Part shown: positions 8,296-20,925 of the stretch, piece after piece | Layout of the letters: every line of letters starts with the position of its first letter | How positions within the stretch are numbered: position 1 is the first letter of the stretch | Assembly: GCA_031263105.1 (NCBI GenBank) | Contig: JAISGJ010000070.1 | Span: forward strand, 1-36,594 | DNA from: Coriobacteriales bacterium | Lineage (GTDB): Bacteria; Actinomycetota; Coriobacteriia; Coriobacteriales; UBA8131 | Direction of reading: 5' to 3' | Length of the DNA: 36,594 bases | Program-made: the position numbers and the translations under genes | Notes under the pieces: generated by a model | Database searches by the model: none | What the model saw: the letters and a program-made list of their open reading frames with translations, nothing else | What the model was told of the DNA's origin: nothing

Positions 8296-10064
8296 GCGCT
8301 TCCGAGCACAACGAGTCCGACGGACGCGGCGGACGCGGCGGACTCCCCAAGCTTCTTAGGCGCTTCGTCCGCTGCTACCGTCCGTACAAGGGGCTGTTCT
8401 TCCTCGACCTGGGCTGCGCGGCAGCTGTCGCGTGCCTCAGCCTGCTGTTCCCCTTTACCGTAAGCGGCATCGTCGACAGCCTGCTGCCCCAGGGCGAATG
8501 GACGCTGATCCTGATGGCCTGTCTCGGCCTCGTCGGCGTCTACGCGCTCAACAGCCTGCTCAGTTTCGTCGTCGGCTACTGGGGCGAGCGGCTGGGGCTC
8601 AACATCGAGACCGACCTGCGCCTGGAGGCCTACAGCCACCTGCAGAAGCTCTCGTTTCGTTACTTCGACAACAACCGCACGGGCAAGCTCGCCTCGCGCA
8701 TCTCCAACGATCTGTTGGACGTAGGCAACATGGTGCACTACGGTCCCGAGCACCTCATCATCGCCGTCAGCACCATACTGGGGGCGACGGTGCTGATGAT
8801 GCGGGTGAACGTCGCCTTGGCGCTCGTGATGGTAGCGCTGACCGTGGCCGTCCTCACCATCAACATCTACTTCATGCGCAGGCTGGTGGCGGCGCGCAAG
8901 CAGCTGTTCAACGCCATCGGGGGCCTCATGGCGCGTCTTGAGGACGGCATCGGCGGCATCCGGGTGGTGCAGGCCTTTGCCAACGAGGACTACCAGCAGC
9001 ACCTGTTCGCCCAAGACAACAGGCGCTTCGGCGAGGCCAAGATATCCGGCTTCCGCGACTTTGCCTTAAGCGAATCGGTGACCTCCCTGCTCACCAACCT
9101 GTTGCCCATCGCCGCCCTGCTCGGCGGCAGCTGGCTTGCGCTGAACGGCACCATGAGCAACGGTGACCTCTTTGGCTTCATCCTGCTCGCCAATGCGGTG
9201 CTCGTGCCCATCAGGCTGCTGGCGGCCTTCTCGGTGCGCTTCCCCAATGGGCTGGCAGGGTTCAGGAACTTCTGCGAACTGATGGACAGAGAGCCGGAGA
9301 TACAGGATGGACCCACTGCCAGCGACATCCGTATTGAGCGCGGGGAGGTGCGCTTCGAACAGGTGAGCTTTTCCTACGACAGCCAAAAGCCCGTGCTGCA
9401 AGGCATCAGTCTCACCGCCGCACCCGGCCAGACCGTGGCCTTTGTGGGCAGCTCGGGCTGCGGCAAGACGACGCTCTGTAGCCTGCTGCCCCGCTTCTAC
9501 GAGCCGAGTTCCGGGCGCATCAGCATCGACGGCGTTGACATTCGCGAGATGACGCTGACCTCGCTGCGCCGGCAGATAGGCATCGTGCAGCAGGACGTGT
9601 TCCTCTTCGCGGGCAGCATACGCGACAACATCCGCTTCGGTCGTCTCGATGCCAGCGACGAGGAGATATGGGAGGCCGCACGGCTGGCGCAGCTGGACGA
9701 GTTCATCGTCCAGCAGGCAGATGGCCTTGACACCGCCATCGGAGAGCGCGGCGTCAAGCTCTCGGGCGGGCAGCGCCAGCGTCTGGCCATCGCGCGCATG
9801 TTCCTCAAGAACCCGCCCATCCTGATACTGGATGAGGCGACCTCATCGCTTGACACCCAGACGGAGGCCGCCATCCAACAGTCCCTGGCACGCCTGAGCG
9901 AGGGGCGCACCACCCTGGTGGTGGCACACCGCCTGCCCACTGTCCGCAACGCCGACCGCATCTTCGTCTTGAGCGAGGGGCGCGTCGCCGAGCAGGGCGA
10001 GCACGGCTCGCTTGTCGCCCTGGGAGGCATCTACCGGCGACTCCACGCATTGCAGGCGGGATGA
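8292..10064 (+). CDS. ABC transporter, fused permease/ATP-binding (exporter fold)
   Basis: 6-TM domain plus Walker A GSSGCGKT, LSGGQRQR and LILDEATS. Likely TTG start at 8292 overlapping the upstream TGA. Confidence 0.93.
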   Translation: MSASEHNESDGRGGRGGLPKLLRRFVRCYRPYKGLFFLDLGCAAAVACLSLLFPFTVSGIVDSLLPQGEWTLILMACLGLVGVYALNSLLSFVVGYWGERLGLNIETDLRLEAYSHLQKLSFRYFDNNRTGKLASRISNDLLDVGNMVHYGPEHLIIAVSTILGATVLMMRVNVALALVMVALTVAVLTINIYFMRRLVAARKQLFNAIGGLMARLEDGIGGIRVVQAFANEDYQQHLFAQDNRRFGEAKISGFRDFALSESVTSLLTNLLPIAALLGGSWLALNGTMSNGDLFGFILLANAVLVPIRLLAAFSVRFPNGLAGFRNFCELMDREPEIQDGPTASDIRIERGEVRFEQVSFSYDSQKPVLQGISLTAAPGQTVAFVGSSGCGKTTLCSLLPRFYEPSSGRISIDGVDIREMTLTSLRRQIGIVQQDVFLFAGSIRDNIRFGRLDASDEEIWEAARLAQLDEFIVQQADGLDTAIGERGVKLSGGQRQRLAIARMFLKNPPILILDEATSSLDTQTEAAIQQSLARLSEGRTTLVVAHRLPTVRNADRIFVLSEGRVAEQGEHGSLVALGGIYRRLHALQAG

Positions 10065-11152
10065 TGAGGAAGGCGGGCGGGGCGGCTGCCTCCAGCGGCG
10101 GCGGCGCAGCAGAAAGCGTGGACAGCGGCATAAAGGCCGCTCGACCGCGTCTCAGCGGCCACCCCCGCATAGCCCTCGCGCTCATCGGCGGCGGGGCGGT
10201 CGTCCTTGTGGCGACGATGGCCTTCTCGCTTTCCCAAGGCTCCTCCAGCGTGCCCCTGCAAACGGTGCTCGACGCCGTGTTCTCCTTCGACCCTTCCCAG
10301 CTCCAGCATCAGGTCGTCATCGACCTGCGCCTGCCCCGCGTCCTGGCAAGCGCACTGGTGGGCGCCTCCTTTGCGGTGGCGGGGGCCATCATGCAAGGCA
10401 CGACGCGCAACCCTTTGGCGGACTCGGGCATCATGGGGCTCAACGCCGGCGCGGGCTTTGCCATCGCCGTCTGCTACGCCTTCTTCCCGGGCTTAAGCTA
10501 CCTGAGCTTGATACTGATGTCGTTCCTCGGGGCGGCGATGAGCACGGGGCTGGTGATGGGCATAGCCTCGCTGCGCGGCGGCGGCAACCATCCCATGCGG
10601 ATGGTGCTGGCAGGAGCAGCGGTCAGTGCGCTTTTGGCGGCTCTTGCCCAAGGCATCGCGCTGTACTTCGACGTGGCCCAAGACATCATGTTCTGGACGA
10701 CGGGCGGCGTGGCCGGCTCCAACTGGGAGCAACTGCGCATCATGGCCCCCTTCGTCCTGCTGGCCCTGCTTGCGGCCTTGGCCCTTTCGCGCTCGGTCTC
10801 CCTCCTGAGCCTGGGCGAGGATGTCGCCCGAGGCCTGGGGCTCAACACCCTGGCAGTGAGCGTGCTTTGCGCCGTGGTGGTGCTGGTGCTGGCGGGGGCC
10901 TCGGTGGCGGTGGTGGGCGCCGTGGGCTTTGTGGGCCTGGTCATCCCCCACCTCGCACGCTTTGCCGTAGGGATGGACTACCGTTGGATCATCCCTGTGT
11001 CGGCGGTGCTCGGCGCTCTGCTCGTGGTGCTGGCCGACCTGGGCGCGCGCATGCTCAACCCGCCCTTCGAGACCCCCATCGGCGCCCTGATCGCCCTGAT
11101 AGGCGTGCCCTTCTTCCTCTACCTGGCCCGCAAGCAGAAACGGGCGCTGTGA
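10061..11152 (+). CDS. FecCD-family iron-chelate ABC permease
   Basis: LRLPRVL, MQGTTRNPLADSGIMG, LGEDVARGLG and GFVGLVIPH motifs. Confidence 0.95.
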   Translation: MMRKAGGAAASSGGGAAESVDSGIKAARPRLSGHPRIALALIGGGAVVLVATMAFSLSQGSSSVPLQTVLDAVFSFDPSQLQHQVVIDLRLPRVLASALVGASFAVAGAIMQGTTRNPLADSGIMGLNAGAGFAIAVCYAFFPGLSYLSLILMSFLGAAMSTGLVMGIASLRGGGNHPMRMVLAGAAVSALLAALAQGIALYFDVAQDIMFWTTGGVAGSNWEQLRIMAPFVLLALLAALALSRSVSLLSLGEDVARGLGLNTLAVSVLCAVVVLVLAGASVAVVGAVGFVGLVIPHLARFAVGMDYRWIIPVSAVLGALLVVLADLGARMLNPPFETPIGALIALIGVPFFLYLARKQKRAL

Positions 11153-12204
11153 TGGGCGCTGTGGTGCCGTCGCCCCCGCACCAGGCGCAACGTTACAAGC
11201 GCAGGCTCCTCATCCGCAACACGGTCATAGTCGCGTCCTTTGCCCTGGTGCTGCTGGCAGCGCTTGCCCTGAGCATGAACTCCGGTTACACCCGCCTGCT
11301 GCCAGGCGACATCGTGCGGATACTGCTCGGCGGCGGCACGCGACAGGAGAACCTCGTCCTCCTTGACTTCAGGCTGCCACGCATCGTCCTGTCGTCCCTG
11401 GTCGGCATGGGGCTTGCCTGTTCGGGCTGCATCATCCAGGGCATCTCGCGCAACGGGCTGGCCGATCCCGGCATCCTGGGCATCAACGCCGGGGCCGGCC
11501 TGATGGTGATCCTGTACGTGCTGCTCTTTGGGACGACCTCCTTCCTCGCACTGTTCACCCTGCCGTTCCTGGCGCTTGTGGGGGCAGGGGCCGCAGCCGT
11601 CGTCATCTATCTCATCGCCTTCAAGCGCGGCGAGGGCGTGGCTCCCATACGCCTGATAATCTCCGGCCTGGCCATGCAGGCGGGCATCGTCGCGCTCACC
11701 ACCCTCCTCGTGGTCAAGCTCGACGAGACGCAGTTCGACTTTTGGGCGACCTGGGAGGCCGGCAGCATCTGGGGGTCCAATTGGAAGTTCGTTCTGACCC
11801 TCCTCCCCTGGCTGCTGGTGCTGCTGCCCTATGTGCTGAGCAAGGCGCGCACGCTCGACATCCTCAACATGGGCGACGACACGGCCTCGGGGCTGGGCGT
11901 GCCAGTGGAGCGGGAGCGCCGCAGGCTCCTCGCTGTCTCTGTGGCGCTTGCAGCCACCTGCGTGGCGGTGAGCGGCTCCATCAGTTTTGTGGGGCTCATC
12001 GCCCCGCACCTGGCACGGCGTCTGGTGGGACCACGTCACGCCATTCTGCTGCCCACCTGCGCCTTGGCTGGAGCCGTGCTGCTCACCGTGGCGGACACCA
12101 TCTCACGTGTCGCCTTCCAGCCGAGCGAGATACCTACCGGCATAGTGGTCGCGGTGGTAGGTGCCCCCTACTTCCTCTACTTGCTGGCGACGAGCAGGCA
12201 ATGA
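11152..12204 (+). CDS. FecCD-family iron-chelate ABC permease (second subunit)
   Basis: FRLPRIV, QGISRNGLADPGILG, GDDTASGLG and SFVGLIAPH motifs; ATG 11152 overlaps the upstream TGA. Confidence 0.95.
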   Translation: MGAVVPSPPHQAQRYKRRLLIRNTVIVASFALVLLAALALSMNSGYTRLLPGDIVRILLGGGTRQENLVLLDFRLPRIVLSSLVGMGLACSGCIIQGISRNGLADPGILGINAGAGLMVILYVLLFGTTSFLALFTLPFLALVGAGAAAVVIYLIAFKRGEGVAPIRLIISGLAMQAGIVALTTLLVVKLDETQFDFWATWEAGSIWGSNWKFVLTLLPWLLVLLPYVLSKARTLDILNMGDDTASGLGVPVERERRRLLAVSVALAATCVAVSGSISFVGLIAPHLARRLVGPRHAILLPTCALAGAVLLTVADTISRVAFQPSEIPTGIVVAVVGAPYFLYLLATSRQ

Positions 12205-12254
12205 GCGCCGAGCCTGTCTCGCGCTCCGCGCCTCTGGCGTGGGATGCCCCGGGG

Positions 12255-12298
12255 CCCACCGCCCTCCGCATCCTGCCCCACCGCCCTCCGCATCCTGC
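12255..12298 (+). repeat. Perfect 22-nt tandem duplication in the intergenic spacer
   Basis: CCCACCGCCCTCCGCATCCTGC x2. Confidence 0.85.
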
Positions 12299-12331
12299 CC
12301 GCCCCTGCCAGCCGACGAAAGGACAAACGCG

Positions 12332-13144
12332 ATGTCGTGCATCGTAACCGAGAGACTGTCCGTGGCCTACGACCGCCGCCTGGTGGTCGACACCCTTGAC
12401 ATGCGGGTGCCCAAAGGCCGGATAAGCGTCATCATCGGTCCCAACGGCTGCGGCAAATCCACGGTGCTCAAGGCGGTGGGACGGCTGCTCAGGCCGCGTG
12501 GCGGTGCGGTCTACCTCAACGGCGATGACATCAGCTCGCTGCCGACCCGCGAGGTCGCCCGTCGAATGGCCATACTGCCGCAGTCGCCCCAGGCCCCGCC
12601 GGGCCTCACGGTGGGCGAGCTGGTGGGCTACGGGCGCTTCCCTCATCGGAACGGCCTCAAGCGCAGCACGGCACAGGACAGGCATGCCGTCAGCTGGGCC
12701 TTGGAGGCGACACGCCTGACCGAGTTCGAGACGGTGGAGATAGACAGCCTCTCCGGTGGACAGCGCCAGCGCGTCTGGATAGCCATGGCACTGGCGCAAC
12801 AGACCGAGGTCATCCTCCTCGACGAGCCGACCACCTACCTCGACCTGGCCTATCAGCTCGAGATACTCGAGTTGCTGCACCACCTCAACCGCACACAAGG
12901 CTGCACCATCGTCATGGTGCTGCACGACCTCAACCTGGCGGCGCGCTTTGCTGACCACATGCTGGCAGTCCGCGACGGCAGCATCGTCTGTCACGGCAGC
13001 CCGCACGAGGTGATGACCCCGCAGACGCTGGGGGAGACCTTCGGCATCCACGCCCACATAGCCGACGACCCCTGTACCGGTCGCCCTTCCTGCATAAGCT
13101 ACAGCCTGCTCGCGCAGCGCGAATGCAAGGAGCAGGCGTGCTGA
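12332..13144 (+). CDS. FecE/FhuC-like iron-chelate ABC ATPase
   Basis: RBS AAAGGA before ATG 12332; GPNGCGKST, LSGGQRQRVWIAMALAQ, LLDEPTTYLD and VLHDLNLAARF motifs. Confidence 0.95.
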   Translation: MSCIVTERLSVAYDRRLVVDTLDMRVPKGRISVIIGPNGCGKSTVLKAVGRLLRPRGGAVYLNGDDISSLPTREVARRMAILPQSPQAPPGLTVGELVGYGRFPHRNGLKRSTAQDRHAVSWALEATRLTEFETVEIDSLSGGQRQRVWIAMALAQQTEVILLDEPTTYLDLAYQLEILELLHHLNRTQGCTIVMVLHDLNLAARFADHMLAVRDGSIVCHGSPHEVMTPQTLGETFGIHAHIADDPCTGRPSCISYSLLAQRECKEQAC

Positions 13145-13833
13145 GGGGAGACGACAGAACGCCCGCCGCAGCGGCACAACCGGCCTTACGGCCGACGAAC
13201 CATTGTCCCCTGCACACCGCCTTGGCCCTTTCCGTGGCGGTCGAGGGGCTCTCCACGCTGGTGGTGGGCTCGGGCGAGTGCGGCTCCTATGGTCACAAGG
13301 TGGTGCAGGCGCACGGCAGCGCCTTGCAGGCAGAGGGCGGCGGTGGGACGGCGGGGCGGGGCAGGGCCCGTACAGCCCTGCGTACAGCCCTGCACTGGTT
13401 TTACGTGCTCGACGAGCAGGAGGTGGTGTTCGGCTGCCGGGAAGGAGTGACGGCCGCCCTCGAGGAGATGAGCGGGAGCGGGGCGGGCGCTATCCTCGTG
13501 ATAAGCACCTGTGTGGCCCACGTGGTGGGCGAGGACTTTGACGGCCTGCTCGGCGAACTCGAAGGGCGGCTCGACGCACGGCTGTTCCACGTGCCCCTGC
13601 CGCATTTTGAAGGGGACGGCCCCGAGGCCGGCTTCATCAAGAGCCTCGAGGTGCTGGTTCCCCATTGGACACGAAGCGAGCGCGGCAAGGATCTCATACG
13701 ACGCATCGAATCGGCGCCGTATGAAGAGATGAAGGCCGCCGCGCACGAGGTGACGGCCGCGCTTGCGGCCCACGGCAGCGCCTTTGAGACACCCGCAGCA
13801 GCGAAGGAGACACCGGATGCCCCTGTATCGTGA
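13138..13833 (+). CDS. Short nitrogenase component-1-like protein (NifD/BchN/CfbD-like, 3 Cys), ~231 aa
   Basis: NHCPL, GSGECGSY, DEQEVVFG and ISTCVAHVVGEDF parallel the NifD Cys62, Cys88, EKDIVFG and Cys154 motifs. AAGGAG precedes GTG 13138. Confidence 0.8.
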   Translation: MLRGDDRTPAAAAQPALRPTNHCPLHTALALSVAVEGLSTLVVGSGECGSYGHKVVQAHGSALQAEGGGGTAGRGRARTALRTALHWFYVLDEQEVVFGCREGVTAALEEMSGSGAGAILVISTCVAHVVGEDFDGLLGELEGRLDARLFHVPLPHFEGDGPEAGFIKSLEVLVPHWTRSERGKDLIRRIESAPYEEMKAAAHEVTAALAAHGSAFETPAAAKETPDAPVS

Positions 13834-14619
13834 GATGCCCCCGCCGACCAGCCGCATGAAGATGCTCTGGGCACTCGCAGGCGTGCGAGGCGCCTTGGTC
13901 CTCGAATACGGCTGCGAGGGCCATATGCTGTACGCCCAGAGTTTCCATGAGCGCGTCGGGCTTGAGAGCGAGGCGCGGCGGCTGCGTTCCACCCATCTTG
14001 AGAATTCCGATATCGTCTTTGGCGGCAGCACGCGCCTCGAAGAGGCTTTGGCGGAGCTGGTCGAGGGCCCTGCGGACACAGGCACACAGGCCGTCTTTCT
14101 GCTGCCTTCCAGCGTGCCCATGGTGATCGGCTTCGACCTTCTTGCCGTTGCCGCCGAAGCACAGGAGCGCTGGCCCGAGCTGCCAATCATCGCACTGGAT
14201 GCCGGGGGCTTCGGCGCAGCGCCGGCCTACGGCACCGAGCAGGCCCTGCTTGCCCTGGCCCGTGGTCTGGCACACGACACGATGCGAACCGAGGGGCCGA
14301 GCGCCAACATCATCGGCATCTGCTCGGAGCCCTTCGGCCCCCGCACCGACACCACCGGGCTTATCGCCCGACTCCGCAGCTCCTTCGGCCTCGATGTGCT
14401 CAACGTGATGACGGCCGACTGTTCGGTGCAAAGCCTCAACGGCATGGGTGCGGCACACCTCAACCTTGCTGCAGGCACCGAGGCCCTCGCCTGTGCCCGC
14501 TACCTCGAACAGCGCTTTGGCACCCCTTGGGTATCGTGTTCCACCGAAGGCGCCCTGCATGAGGGCGTCTTCGAGAACAGAGATGACATCTATAAGGCAC
14601 TTGAGAGAAAGGTAGACCC

Positions 14620-14623
<4 letters not shown>
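13817..14623 (+). CDS. Short nitrogenase component-1-like protein (NifK/BchB-like partner), ~268 aa
   Basis: STHLENSDIVFGGSTRLEEAL, PSSVPMVIGFDL, ANIIG, AHLNL and ARYLEQRFGTPW motifs of the component-1 fold; AAGGAG before ATG 13817. Confidence 0.8.
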
Positions 14624-16619
<1,996 letters not shown>

Positions 16620-17045
16620 ATAAAAGGTTTGGGCGAAACCACACGGGAAGACGGCCCAGGCAGTGCGGTAAGGGAGCAAGAAATAAACACAGGGACGACA
16701 GAGAAGGGCACGTTGCCTCGCGCCATCAGGCGAGCGGGCAGAACTGCGCTGTCGCCCCTTGTGGCAGGCATGACGAATCTCCCGTCAGCTGCGCCAGCAG
16801 GCGCTCACATACAAATAGGAGGGAGGGGGGCGTTTTCGTGGAGAAAACGGCTGGTAATGTAACCACCCCCTCACCGGCTTCTGGCACTGACGTAAGATCT
16901 TATCCAAAACAGCAGAGCTCGAGCAGGGCCCCTCCGGTGCAGGAGCAACAGACGCCAACTCTTATCACAAACCGAAAGCTGCACGGAGACGGTCTGCAAA
17001 AGGCATGCCGCTCGCAGCCAACAGATTCACAGAACGGAGAACAGA

Positions 17046-17393
17046 ATGGATGGCAGGATCAACGACCTGCAACAGACCGCAGGCAAGATACAGAATACGT
17101 ACAGCAAGCTCATAGGGCCGATCATCTCGATCATAGTTCCTATCGCACTTCTCGCTATAGTGGTCTACATCACACTCGGCGGCGCCTTCGACGTCGGTGC
17201 CCTCGCTAACGAGAACGGCGTCGTGCGCATCCCTGTGGTGTTTCTTTTCATCGCCCTGCCCATCGGCTGGCTGATCGACGCCGTGGGCGTCACTGCGGGC
17301 CTGTCCATCATAAGCGCAGTGTTGGGACTCTGGCTCATAGGCGGTATCTTTGGTTTGAGAAAAGCGCTGAAGGGCCTGAAGTCAGCCAGGTAG
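17046..17393 (+). CDS. Small hypothetical membrane protein (about 3 TM)
   Basis: GGAG RBS, three hydrophobic stretches and a basic C-terminus. Confidence 0.65.
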   Translation: MDGRINDLQQTAGKIQNTYSKLIGPIISIIVPIALLAIVVYITLGGAFDVGALANENGVVRIPVVFLFIALPIGWLIDAVGVTAGLSIISAVLGLWLIGGIFGLRKALKGLKSAR

Positions 17394-17670
17394 CTACAGC
17401 TCACACCCCACTGTCATTTCGAGCCCCGCCGAGGAATCCTTGGGTCCGAGTGCCCGGAAAACGCACCGCGTTTTCAGCGAGGACGGCGCGACAGTCCAGT
17501 GGACTGTCGCGGGGCGAAGCTGCGAAGCAGCGGGTGAGCCCATGGAACCGACAGGCCCACGGATCACGCAGTGTCCAACGGCAGGTCGGGGGGCCCTTCG
17601 ACCTGCGGTCGACCGCTGGCGCGGTCGAAGATTCCTCGACAGGCTCGGAATGACAGTGGGGGTGTGAACA
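17392..17670. mobile_element. Palindromic MITE/REPIN-like element, copy B
   Basis: Terminal inverted arms TCACACCCCACTGTCATTTCGAGCC...GGAATC / GATTCCTCGACAGGCTCGGAATGACAGTGGGGGTGTGA; core shared with copies C and E. Confidence 0.8.
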
Positions 17671-17850
17671 CATATGACCTGACGGCCCGGATCTGCCTGC
17701 GCGATCCCTTGCGTGCAATCTGCGGCGGATACCAGTACAATGGCTGTTGACAGGGAAGCGCGGGGCCAGAGGCGGTGCCATCGGCTCTGAGGGTCGGCGC
17801 TTCCAGAATAAAGGCGACACAACGCAGTTCAAACGTACACGGAGGTCTCC

Positions 17851-20800
17851 TTGAGCGCGCAGAAGGCATCTGGCTCGGCCAATCGGAAGAAACAGGCCGC
17901 GACGGGCAGGTCCGGTGCCGCCGCAGGCAGCGGCGGCAAGGGCACGGGCACGGGCGGCCGCAACGCTGCTGCGGGCAAGGCGGCCGCAGGCAAGGCGGCC
18001 GGTCGCAGCGCAGGAGGCGCCACGGGCGGCGGCAGGGCGGCGCAGGCGAGGCACGGGCAGGCGGCGGGCAAGGACACGGCGGGAGGGCGCACCGCCCTCC
18101 CCGACACGCGCCTTCGGCGCGAGATCGTCGGCGTGCTCGTCGCGGTGCTGGCGATCGCGCTGTTCATCGCCGTGGTCTCCCCGGGGACGGCCATCCTCTC
18201 CCGGGCGCTCTCCGATGTGATACTGCACGTCATCGGCTTGGGTGCCTATATCCTCCCCTTCCTCATGCTCGTCTGGGCCGCAAGCTTCTTCGTCGAGCGG
18301 GGCGTCGCGTCCGCTGCGGCACGCCTTGCCCTCGGCATGGCGCTCATCTTCGTGAGCGTCCTTGCGCTTGCAGGCCTCATGACCCCTGACGCGCCTTCGA
18401 GCCCCGACCTCGTCTTCGAGCCGGCGGCCTTGATGGCCCATGGCGGCTATGTCGGCGGCGCCGTTGCCTGGGCGCTGCTTCGGCTGGTGGGCCAGGGCAT
18501 CGCGCTCGTCATCCTCATCGGCCTCGTCCTTGTCGGCGCGGTGCTGGTGGGGTTCTCCATCACGGGGCTCGTCGCCCGCGTCAAGGCCCTGCTCGCCCGT
18601 CGCCGCGTCCCTGAGGCCGCTGACGAGGAGGGCCTGTCGGCGGGGCCCTACGACCTTGGGGGCGGCCCGTCCGGCCCCTATGGGGAGGGGGCGGGCAGGC
18701 GGCAGGCGGCAGGCAAGCTCATCGCGCCTACCGCGCATCTCAGCGTGGGGCTCGACCCCACCCATCGCTTCGACGACGCCCTCTTCGAGGGTGCGCAGGG
18801 ACGCATCCCCTTCGACGCCTTGTGCGACCCGGATGCCCCGGATGCCCCCGGCGCGTCGGGCGACCCGGATGCCCCCGGCATCTCCGGTGCCTCCGACGGC
18901 CTGGGCGACCTCGGCTCGACGCGCCGCAGCCTGGTCTTCGCGGACGCGGCGGCCAGGACGGAGCGCCTCGACCGCGCCGCTCTCGACGTGCGCACCTCCG
19001 ACGCCTTCGGCTCCGACCGCGACGCGCTTGGCGGCCCCGACGGCCCCAACGGCCCCGATGCCCTCCGCTCCGACGCGACGGTCGTCCTCGGGGGCACCGG
19101 CCCCGGCCCCGCCTCCGCCAAGAAGGGCGCCTCCGCAAAAAGAGGGGCGGCCGCGAAGAAGGGAGCCGCCGCACTTCTCCCGCCCGAACCTTCGTTCGAG
19201 CTGCCGGGCATGAGGCTCCTGAAGGCCTCCCGCGCAAAGGCCTCCACCCGGGCAGGCGAGGGCGAGCTGCGGCGCACCGCCGCCGAGCTCCAGGCGACGA
19301 TCGAGGAGTTCGGCGTGGACGCGCAGGTGGAAGGCTGGGTCGCCGGCCCCACGGTCACGCTCTTCAAGCTCTCGCTGGGGGAGGGCGTGCGCCTGAGCAA
19401 GATCAACTCGCTCGCCGACGACATCGCGCTGGCGCTCGCGGCCCCGGCGGTGCGCATCTTCTCCCCCATACCGGGCACCACGCTCGTGGGGATAGAGGTG
19501 CCCAACGCCAGCCGCAGCATGGTGCTGCTCGGCGACGTGCTGCCCGATGCGCCCGCAGGCCCGCTCCAGCTGGCGATAGGCAAGGACGTCGAGGGCGACT
19601 CCATCGTCGCCGACCTCGAGAAGATGCCCCATCTGCTCATCGGCGGCACGACCGGCTCCGGCAAGTCGGTCGCCATCAACGCCATGATCGTGAGCCTGCT
19701 CATGCGCGCCACGCCCGCCCAGGTGCGCATGATCCTCATCGACCCCAAGATGGTCGAGCTCTCGCTGTACAACGACATCCCGCACCTGTACGTGCCCGTC
19801 GTCACCGACGCCCAGAAGGCCGCCGCCGCGCTGGCCTGGGGCGTGCTCGAGATGGAGCGGCGCCTGAAGGTCTTCCAGCAGGCGGGCGTGAAGAACATCG
19901 CGCAGTACAACGCCTACGTGCAGAAGGAGCGGGAGAAGGTCGAGCGCGAGCGGGCAGAACGCGAGAGGGCCGAGCGCGAGGCCCAGGAGGCCCGTGCGGC
20001 CCAGGAGGCCGAGGGCGCGGCGGAGGGCGCGGCCGAGGGCGGCCAGGCCGACGATGCCGAAGGCGCCGGTGGGGGAGGAGGCGCAGGCGGCCCCTTCGGA
20101 CAGCGCCCCGGCGAGGACGGCCCGCGCGGCCCCGGCTTCGGCGAGGACGGCCTGACGGAGATGCCCCTCATCGTCATCGTCATCGACGAGCTCGCCGACC
20201 TCATGATGATAGCCGGCAAGGAGGTCGAGATATCCATCAGCCGCCTGGCCCAGCTCGCCCGTGCGGCGGGGCTCCACCTCATCATCGCCACGCAGCGCCC
20301 CTCGACGAACGTCATCACGGGCCTCATCAAGGCGAACATCGTCAACCGCATCGCCTTCAACGTCGCGTCGGGCATCGACTCGCGCGTCATCCTCGACGGG
20401 CCGGGGGCCGAGGACCTCATCGGCATCGGCGACCTGCTGTTCTCGCGTCCCGAGTACGGGAAGCCGCAGCGCATCCAGGGCTGCTACGTCTCCGAGCCCG
20501 AGATCGAGGCCGTCGTCGACTTCCTCAAGGCGCAGGGCGAGCCCGAGTACCACGAGGACATCCTCGCCACGGCGGTAGGGGGCCTCTCCGTGAGCATGCT
20601 CGGCACCGACGGCGAGGGCGGCGACGACGACCCCCTGGTCTGGGAGGCGGCCGACATCGTCGTCTCCAGCAACCTCGGCTCCACCTCCACGCTGCAACGG
20701 CGGCTGAAGGTGGGCTATGCCCGTGCGGGGCGCATCATGGACATGCTGGAGCACAAGGGCGTCGTCGGCCCGCCGAACGGCAGCAGGCCCCGCGAGGTCC

Positions 20801-20868
20801 TCATCGACGACGTCCTCGACCTCGAGTCCCTCAAGGCCCTCGAACAGGCGGACTCCGCAGACTGGTAG
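17851..20868 (+). CDS. ftsK: DNA translocase FtsK/SpoIIIE
   Basis: GGAGG + TTG start; N-terminal 4-TM domain; PHLLIGGTTGSGKS, IDPKMVEL, VIDELADLM and ATQRPS motifs; gamma domain LQRRLKVGYARAGRIMD. Confidence 0.97.
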   Translation: MSAQKASGSANRKKQAATGRSGAAAGSGGKGTGTGGRNAAAGKAAAGKAAGRSAGGATGGGRAAQARHGQAAGKDTAGGRTALPDTRLRREIVGVLVAVLAIALFIAVVSPGTAILSRALSDVILHVIGLGAYILPFLMLVWAASFFVERGVASAAARLALGMALIFVSVLALAGLMTPDAPSSPDLVFEPAALMAHGGYVGGAVAWALLRLVGQGIALVILIGLVLVGAVLVGFSITGLVARVKALLARRRVPEAADEEGLSAGPYDLGGGPSGPYGEGAGRRQAAGKLIAPTAHLSVGLDPTHRFDDALFEGAQGRIPFDALCDPDAPDAPGASGDPDAPGISGASDGLGDLGSTRRSLVFADAAARTERLDRAALDVRTSDAFGSDRDALGGPDGPNGPDALRSDATVVLGGTGPGPASAKKGASAKRGAAAKKGAAALLPPEPSFELPGMRLLKASRAKASTRAGEGELRRTAAELQATIEEFGVDAQVEGWVAGPTVTLFKLSLGEGVRLSKINSLADDIALALAAPAVRIFSPIPGTTLVGIEVPNASRSMVLLGDVLPDAPAGPLQLAIGKDVEGDSIVADLEKMPHLLIGGTTGSGKSVAINAMIVSLLMRATPAQVRMILIDPKMVELSLYNDIPHLYVPVVTDAQKAAAALAWGVLEMERRLKVFQQAGVKNIAQYNAYVQKEREKVERERAERERAEREAQEARAAQEAEGAAEGAAEGGQADDAEGAGGGGGAGGPFGQRPGEDGPRGPGFGEDGLTEMPLIVIVIDELADLMMIAGKEVEISISRLAQLARAAGLHLIIATQRPSTNVITGLIKANIVNRIAFNVASGIDSRVILDGPGAEDLIGIGDLLFSRPEYGKPQRIQGCYVSEPEIEAVVDFLKAQGEPEYHEDILATAVGGLSVSMLGTDGEGGDDDPLVWEAADIVVSSNLGSTSTLQRRLKVGYARAGRIMDMLEHKGVVGPPNGSRPREVLIDDVLDLESLKALEQADSADW

Positions 20869-20925
20869 CCCGCTCCGTGGCCTCCGTGCACAAGATTGGG
20901 TCTGCGCGGCTGGCTCTTCTCTGCG

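Noticed and set aside
17401..20754. 1117-aa minus-strand ORF and other long antisense/alternate-frame ORFs (e.g. 1761..4544, 18822..21449, 34146..35876)
   Set aside because: Shadow ORFs of well-supported genes in high-GC DNA; Arg/Gly/Ala-rich with no family motifs.
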